Assembly (NCBI GenBank): GCA_965219575.1
Contig: OZ244779.1
Coordinates: forward strand, 1,548,769 to 1,612,768
From: Candidatus Oxydemutatoraceae bacterium
Lineage (GTDB): Bacteria > Pseudomonadota > Gammaproteobacteria > Poriferisulfidales > Oxydemutatoraceae
Reading direction: 5' to 3'
DNA: 64,000 bases
In this document: one piece after another, positions 63,501-64,000 of the stretch
How positions within the stretch are numbered: the first letter of the stretch is position 1
How the letters are laid out: each line of letters begins with the position of its first letter
Translations under genes and position numbers: made by a program
The notes under the pieces: generated by a model
Told to the model about the DNA's origin: nothing
Databases searched by the model: none
What the model saw: the letters and a program-made list of their open reading frames with translations, nothing else

Positions 63501-64000
63501 CAACCCGACATTATCCGTGTTCGGTGCGGCGATGCGCAAGCCCGAAATCGTATAGCCCGATGACCGATTGCCTTCGAATATGCCGGCAAAACATCCGTTC
63601 TCGGGATTATCGCAATCGAGCGTTCCGATGGGCTCCCAATCGGTAGCGGAAAGTTCTATGCTCGCTGCCAATTCGTAGCCGATACAGCCGGTTGTAGGCG
63701 CACATCCGATGGTGATTCTCCGATCGGCAGCCGATGCCCTATAGCCGCTACCGTCCGGTTGATAGCGCACCGCATTCAATTCGGTGCGGTTGTGTATTTC
63801 TATCAAACCGTCGTCGTCCACATCCACATCGCCTATGCGCAAATACGGATGGCGCGACGCAGCAAAGGTGTAGACGATATCGCTGCTTCCGAGATTGATC
63901 TCGATACTACCCGAATCGGGAACCGGAATACGCGACGATGCGCTACCGCTTCGGACGACTTCGGCAACACTGCCGTCTACCGATAATTGATATGCCGCCC
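48561..64000 (-). CDS. Giant surface/adhesin-like protein (>5100 aa, 5' end outside window): 4 GLUG-repeat modules, ~19 cadherin-like beta-sandwich repeats, C-terminal KVFLEGPLQ
   Basis: Frame stays open from 63842 to the window edge; repeated DxDGLIEI..GC..C.GYEL / VGGLVG / WDFGT..QYP modules; VTAQDG..TY.V..R repeats. Confidence 0.9.
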   Translation of the reverse strand, partial: AAYQLSVDGSVAEVVRSGSASSRIPVPDSGSIEINLGSSDIVYTFAASRHPYLRIGDVDVDDDGLIEIHNRTELNAVRYQPDGSGYRASAADRRITIGCAPTTGCIGYELAASIELSATDWEPIGTLDCDNPENGCFAGIFEGNRSSGYTISGLRIAAPNTDNVGLFAHLHPDAEIRNLVLSGVSVTGRDGVGGLAANSNGRVDNVSVNGEVGGESAVGGMVGRNLRGSIVASGAVGEVTGRAFVGGLVGENDGLVDRSFAEVMVVGSGSDDSESYHVGGLVGYNTGRVYNGYAIGSVSGENNVGGLVGTNNGIGSDSDGRIVNSYASGAVSGSGAVGGLVGRNEVGAAVLTSYALGEVSGNNRVGGLAGLNTGMVSDTYASGGVFAQGRVGGLVGVNGNVGDRRTSSIVNSYAIGRVSDVPRSGGLIGDSLGGVSDSYWNIETAGIADNGIGSSQTTAALLTPTAASGIYTNWDTNLWDFGTPEHYPQLRYGRGDDGDNPACGGSGQPTCSSVRSYGLSDLQVLGSIMQLMPQFATPRLRYRIGAYIGVTGSLRLIPNAASDDAMITIAYGGDEFGVVDGAVSDPIVPDPGVGDAIIVSVESAGATVEYILEIDYFGFDADRVLADADGDGLIEITTVDDLYAIRYSLDGSTYTYALPDGGLLPIVEGCPTTPTVGCRGYELTRDLDFGDAASYRSGVVNTEWADNWDPIGDNDNSFDAVFDGSGYHIRNLSLRGTETKDAIGLFHTLGRNAEVKALRLRNVGIYDVIGRDLSSRRAEKQGSLAGENRGRIYDVGVSDVTALVGSNYSRRALKQSRFGGLVGVNSGGEISHSFAQVYVHSFSPDGDALGDIVGGLVGRNERGAKIKNSYTTGAISGHCRLGGLVGEHISANRDSAENIGTIENSYARVDMNKILDLECIDQEFEIAGFVQGFGGLVGFMEQADIVDSYAAARQSGGVLGLIGGTTGTVSVINSYWDNILNDQQSASTTGGETTPFGGQTTAVLQGTTPTMGIYANWSSDDWDFGTDEQYPTLKAADGRIAMQVLDSSLVGIVEVANAAIARINGITGDFRYSGNSNRYRLYVDATRLPLPITFITTSTVAGLETTLYCGDVLCPLVGSDATLILDNSNIQEITLVASAGNRVTRYYFDIVRDNLRLDDVPAIGIDEGDMFTIGGDYAGSSDLSWSQISGTAVNIADADSLNLELAPQADLLSENVDDGDFEFELSVSITPDNGIRQVYLSREIVVRINKVNNGPVTGNPVLSIGTNRRITVTENLNDIDGTVRNLSRQFQRRFPGDAWRNVDLSAGDTVDGGYQYRFIGLYSDGQGYTSEPIVSNSVTVGSSVAMDNADIDGDSIANADDIDDDGDGLIEIRHLEDLDAVRYQLDGSGYRASADGELITHGCPITGCIGYELTGNLNFTTAGDYRSGVVNDAWTVDEGEFTTTADGWQPIGGVFNAIFNGNGYSIARLAISRSSAGSKANVGLFAEIGANGKVENLVLDSPAIKGLAGIKNVGGITGLLRRDGVIRNSDVYGTVPGQTSARVIRTDRGSAGGLVGVNAGYIVNSRARINVGVQDSDGNISNNGNVTVGGLVGRNRSGGKIHNSYYSAGEVSGTCIVGGLVGSQLSAADRADGIGEIRNSYVHSDSNVAIPATVSCATPYLGGLVGRHIGGRSIVANSYAGGRAYVPTLFGANASVSDLGASQTQSFASCPGNITANYNGSPVNVTVAGLLNRSMPSRAPTNSYWRREPYRCAVTVSGTTYVTHAVSMPDVNNRRSNNTLTNPSVPNTPQTCLSGEDGRSEASRNRTRSCITYRGWNTDHWDFGTDMQYPLLRYTEGADRDDPACDFDDSTSLPMCGALLRGQPRATAVSPRSAPPVSGKPPQPVITYARNDAASVALTAQSIITVNEGDTLILDATRSRSVDNAALDYRWRQTRGPELLPVSQSIKRTPRVAVRDDLLAAEADRGQAVIKLEVVKRNNPDAFASRDIIIDVVKTNRDGDMAALRWVDGPLGVANANYIFASEINDADGGPFTDISYQWEVNGSPTNIDRAYYRVEDIFASYRLTTTYTDNQGYSNTIVSFINGRLASDDRIVDHDRDGLIDIFFIEQLDAIRNQPDGTGLQYPGINLLLVGGCPGDVCSGYELVRDLDFDDASSYRSFNGPDSYDNWDPIGTVVNKQNQIGDCSHATSDCFTAIFEGNGYTISNLRINQAVSFAGTSQADQVNLGLFAAASGDAEIRGVRLADVDIAGSNNVGALVGSFSGRSITDSHVLSGTVSTYYDGGCLIGRANRAATEISDSSANCTLTGTNVLGGLVSFSNATIGNSRTAGAISLNITMSGQRDVIANGGLVGVLESGGRIENSASSATVVRRGGGSITVTEGTGVGGLVGFGLSNTTITNSYATGDVTNDSRQGNTGGLVGRSFSNIRDSYATGDVQGMGSRAGGLVGNLGGEISNSYAAGDVNSASIFSGGLVGLARNATISNSYAIGDVNGNRVVGGLIGDVNNTAIDNSHATGRVSADDRVGGLIGELIDDVINRPDSKVIANNYTFATVIARGNESDFNRVGGFLAHFEVGRSTIVRDNYAAGSIAGPADKSGFIGVYAALGQIINNYSITRVSGNPNDKGFIRLNIGFNLMGNYWDIERSGQSAGLLGSNSGVRGFNSQILKSSRSSTNTHPYRNWNTERWDFGTTEQYPVLKYNDGTCAGSAPSVNCGAVLPRQRLGLQDLQIGQISALAQPELSSMPRVATFKDDFDRAAVDEITVSVWDRSAEIRIVAYAYNPAGVIKINDAPPSIGSANYSVGGDFTTATRVRIVVSEPYEIGGKENLDVEYRIAFNTFPEASAIAVRAADERREPLITSVPIREGHFITLSSELSDADGGDLRYRWTADEKQVRLLDRTMLSGRVSGGSGRATLSFYLRDDFIAADQTAETVNVALVVEDTVGETVTQERSFSVAKYDNGIIDGITTPTRVGLTYTAPTLDKDKLAEDPDGAGDPRAVAYRWQRRSGDSWTDIDTANGMNYTVVGEVADHYRVVVSYIDGQGYSRTVASPPQRASIGLVLREAPVADTEGFIFVELAADDLSPDFDFEARDYRVPTEVERLDVTAIGGAISVNGVPLTGKVATTLDLEYGDNEVIIVSQGEDDTSTRTYTVFRDYDVAIRGWRIEWQGEDGTERRDLGDDLSERPDIPNAISTITVIASVNELVDIVIASDGNTVGEITTSTRAGLPVAQATVGGLALGENGIAFTVTAPSGSFADQEVVVYSVNVWRKYSTRFRSLRLVGTDFTTKFRPEVPRYFAIVANERGSEAIEFERQAGATVLVDNVEVDGNRVDSPPLNISSNTIILRVKAPRETDTVYTLVVVREYSLDLQDLVLTYAPATTVTLVPTFASTQHIYTAVVPTETSQVRVTFATDLQVVSELRADIAPITTDTRVLADRIEKIVSVPLNYDDNTMVIATSALGTQQATTLTITRLRSTDAELQDLQVLNDDDINVLSVFNPTTQNYTVEVANDQRTVSLRVTPQDTKITAILWNGISLSLSGLETGSVTGDHPESEPLFALGENEIELKIIAHDGVTSQTYTLIVDRLPSTNARLRSILYTLSSSSGEEPSSASPSDFVPDTLEYTLPPVDNAIDCIRVTAKAEDEEATVEISKVAGAESDSLCPDTSLRLGAGRNTIEVKVTASDGKTINRYRLNIGRALSSDNDLSGAPIILIPGVGETTATAVSVSDSEYTAEIDRNVTSFSVSATAAHPGAMVRISINDGADAVGGRTATKTDIPIGVPTSLADIAVARREITITVTAQNGTTEDYRLTARIILGSNANLASLSVSPVGSLMPQGDPPMYTTTVGESVMHATVTAVASDQFATVTISENNTELVSARQQGMVNITFAETGDNRELLIRVTAENGATSKTYIVTINRARSSDADLRDLWLLDENNANLLPDFDPTSRTQVYQFEVPNGTTDTRVVAEAHPRAIIAVVIDGIEKTATGTIERMFDLTVSEIEKLIRITVSSQDDSTTRRYTIAVTRAGADRSNAGLAGIALSLDDNTRTRLLTLTSPDEGTSATYSARITGIDGREVQTITQIVVSPQAADSAATVSIDGDAAESMPDKLIPLKAALDTPEPTIPIKVIAEDGIASATYSLVITRERSADASLASVIVGGDTIAVGRDGTYTMSLDENTSNTTVTVTTTHSQATVAITLDGETNSIRNEIGRQVTIADTGASRTLRIVVTAQDGETTQGYTLTISRDPSRDASLADITVAGTSVVDNGDGTYTATLDEATTSSSVTVTAGNKFATVVITDVRNRRVEGEGAARASITLDDPGDGTELRIKITAQSGREDDSADYTLTVNRSPSTDARLSALELLPQSSVAVEPLVIFDSLSDGGEYPASFTDIVTGVRVKPTAQPYVDKIEVFAPGSDRGEVVAENGQSSLIAVTEGRTTTITIVVTAQDRRTTQDYIVLITLGNIDVDLGALRIISGENTLADFDSLATSTNYVYTIPNPIVGDKITSVSLQAQAEHPDATISLTVDDDTPPRVMGVNTINENIRLDEGETKRARIVVTAQRRSVRKTYTVTIVRAASRDTRLSRLAVSSSELIPQFGFDSSAATQEIRKYSVELPNDAANVNLGAAAANANTILTISEVGNSRSGNSVTLPIAINPGQHEDITISATAQDRTTATYTVVISRAASVTRSALGFMLRMSDVALNPEGNTETEYRGELIGTATEIIASAAATAAGVSIRSILLGGTEYILNDNPVDLSADLASISRAIPLQRGANRITLVVRRGDSTEDGYTEQSYTVTVIRPLVLQTLGLDGLSDDDPYRFDAFTRNYTVTIANDSANLVVSPTLFSGDNGIVEYTIFDAETEVIQAANGSAIIRFDVDQTKDITIALVAPGATTSNYVVRATRKASDNANLSALRIVSGGNKLADFGNLATSADYVYTIPNPIVGDKITSVGLETETEHSSATITVAVDGADADISDAISFVDAEGETKRVSIKVLAEDRQTSKTYTVAIDREQSRDTRLSMLRVSQGVLKPKFMFNMNSASQQNNYSVELPNNMSNMTITAMAFAENTTLVIGDRSRNSGRASRSASLTVSVNPGTKKDITIVVTPQSGDSRTYIVTLLRASATNIIERGVIRIRAKVFLEGPLQ

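Noticed and set aside
63840-63842. TTG as the start of the giant protein
   Set aside because: The frame remains open to the window edge and no signal peptide or RBS is present here
49648-63986. Many plus-strand ORFs up to 307 aa
   Set aside because: Antisense shadows of the giant minus-strand gene

Overview
A gammaproteobacterial chromosome segment. The core genes are frr-pyrH-tsf-rpsB, clpX-lon-hupB-ppiD, tig-clpP, fabI, dnaE-rnhB, purF-cvpA-dedD-folC-accD-trpABF, alaS, guaAB, xseA, four tRNAs and RNase P RNA. Accessory genes and nested repeats are scattered among them. The most striking signal is a set of three predicted exported proteins of very different size: about 145 aa (IS-disrupted), 410 aa, and more than 5100 aa. 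All three end in the same motif, IR(S/A)KVFLEGPLQ-stop, which is a candidate undescribed C-terminal secretion or anchoring signal. Each of these stops runs directly into a full or partial copy of a 41-bp TA-bounded palindrome. That palindrome occurs about nine times and also supplies the last codons ([K/R]TAD-stop) of three unrelated genes. Other notable items are an IS1202-family element with a perfect 16-bp target duplication and an internal 135-bp tandem repeat, two composite MITE/REP-doublet elements whose spacer is flipped relative to the arms, a probable ~9-kb inversion splitting tig-clpP from clpX-lon, and a decayed folC'-dedD-cvpA' tandem duplication. All calls come from reading the sequence by eye; no searches were run.
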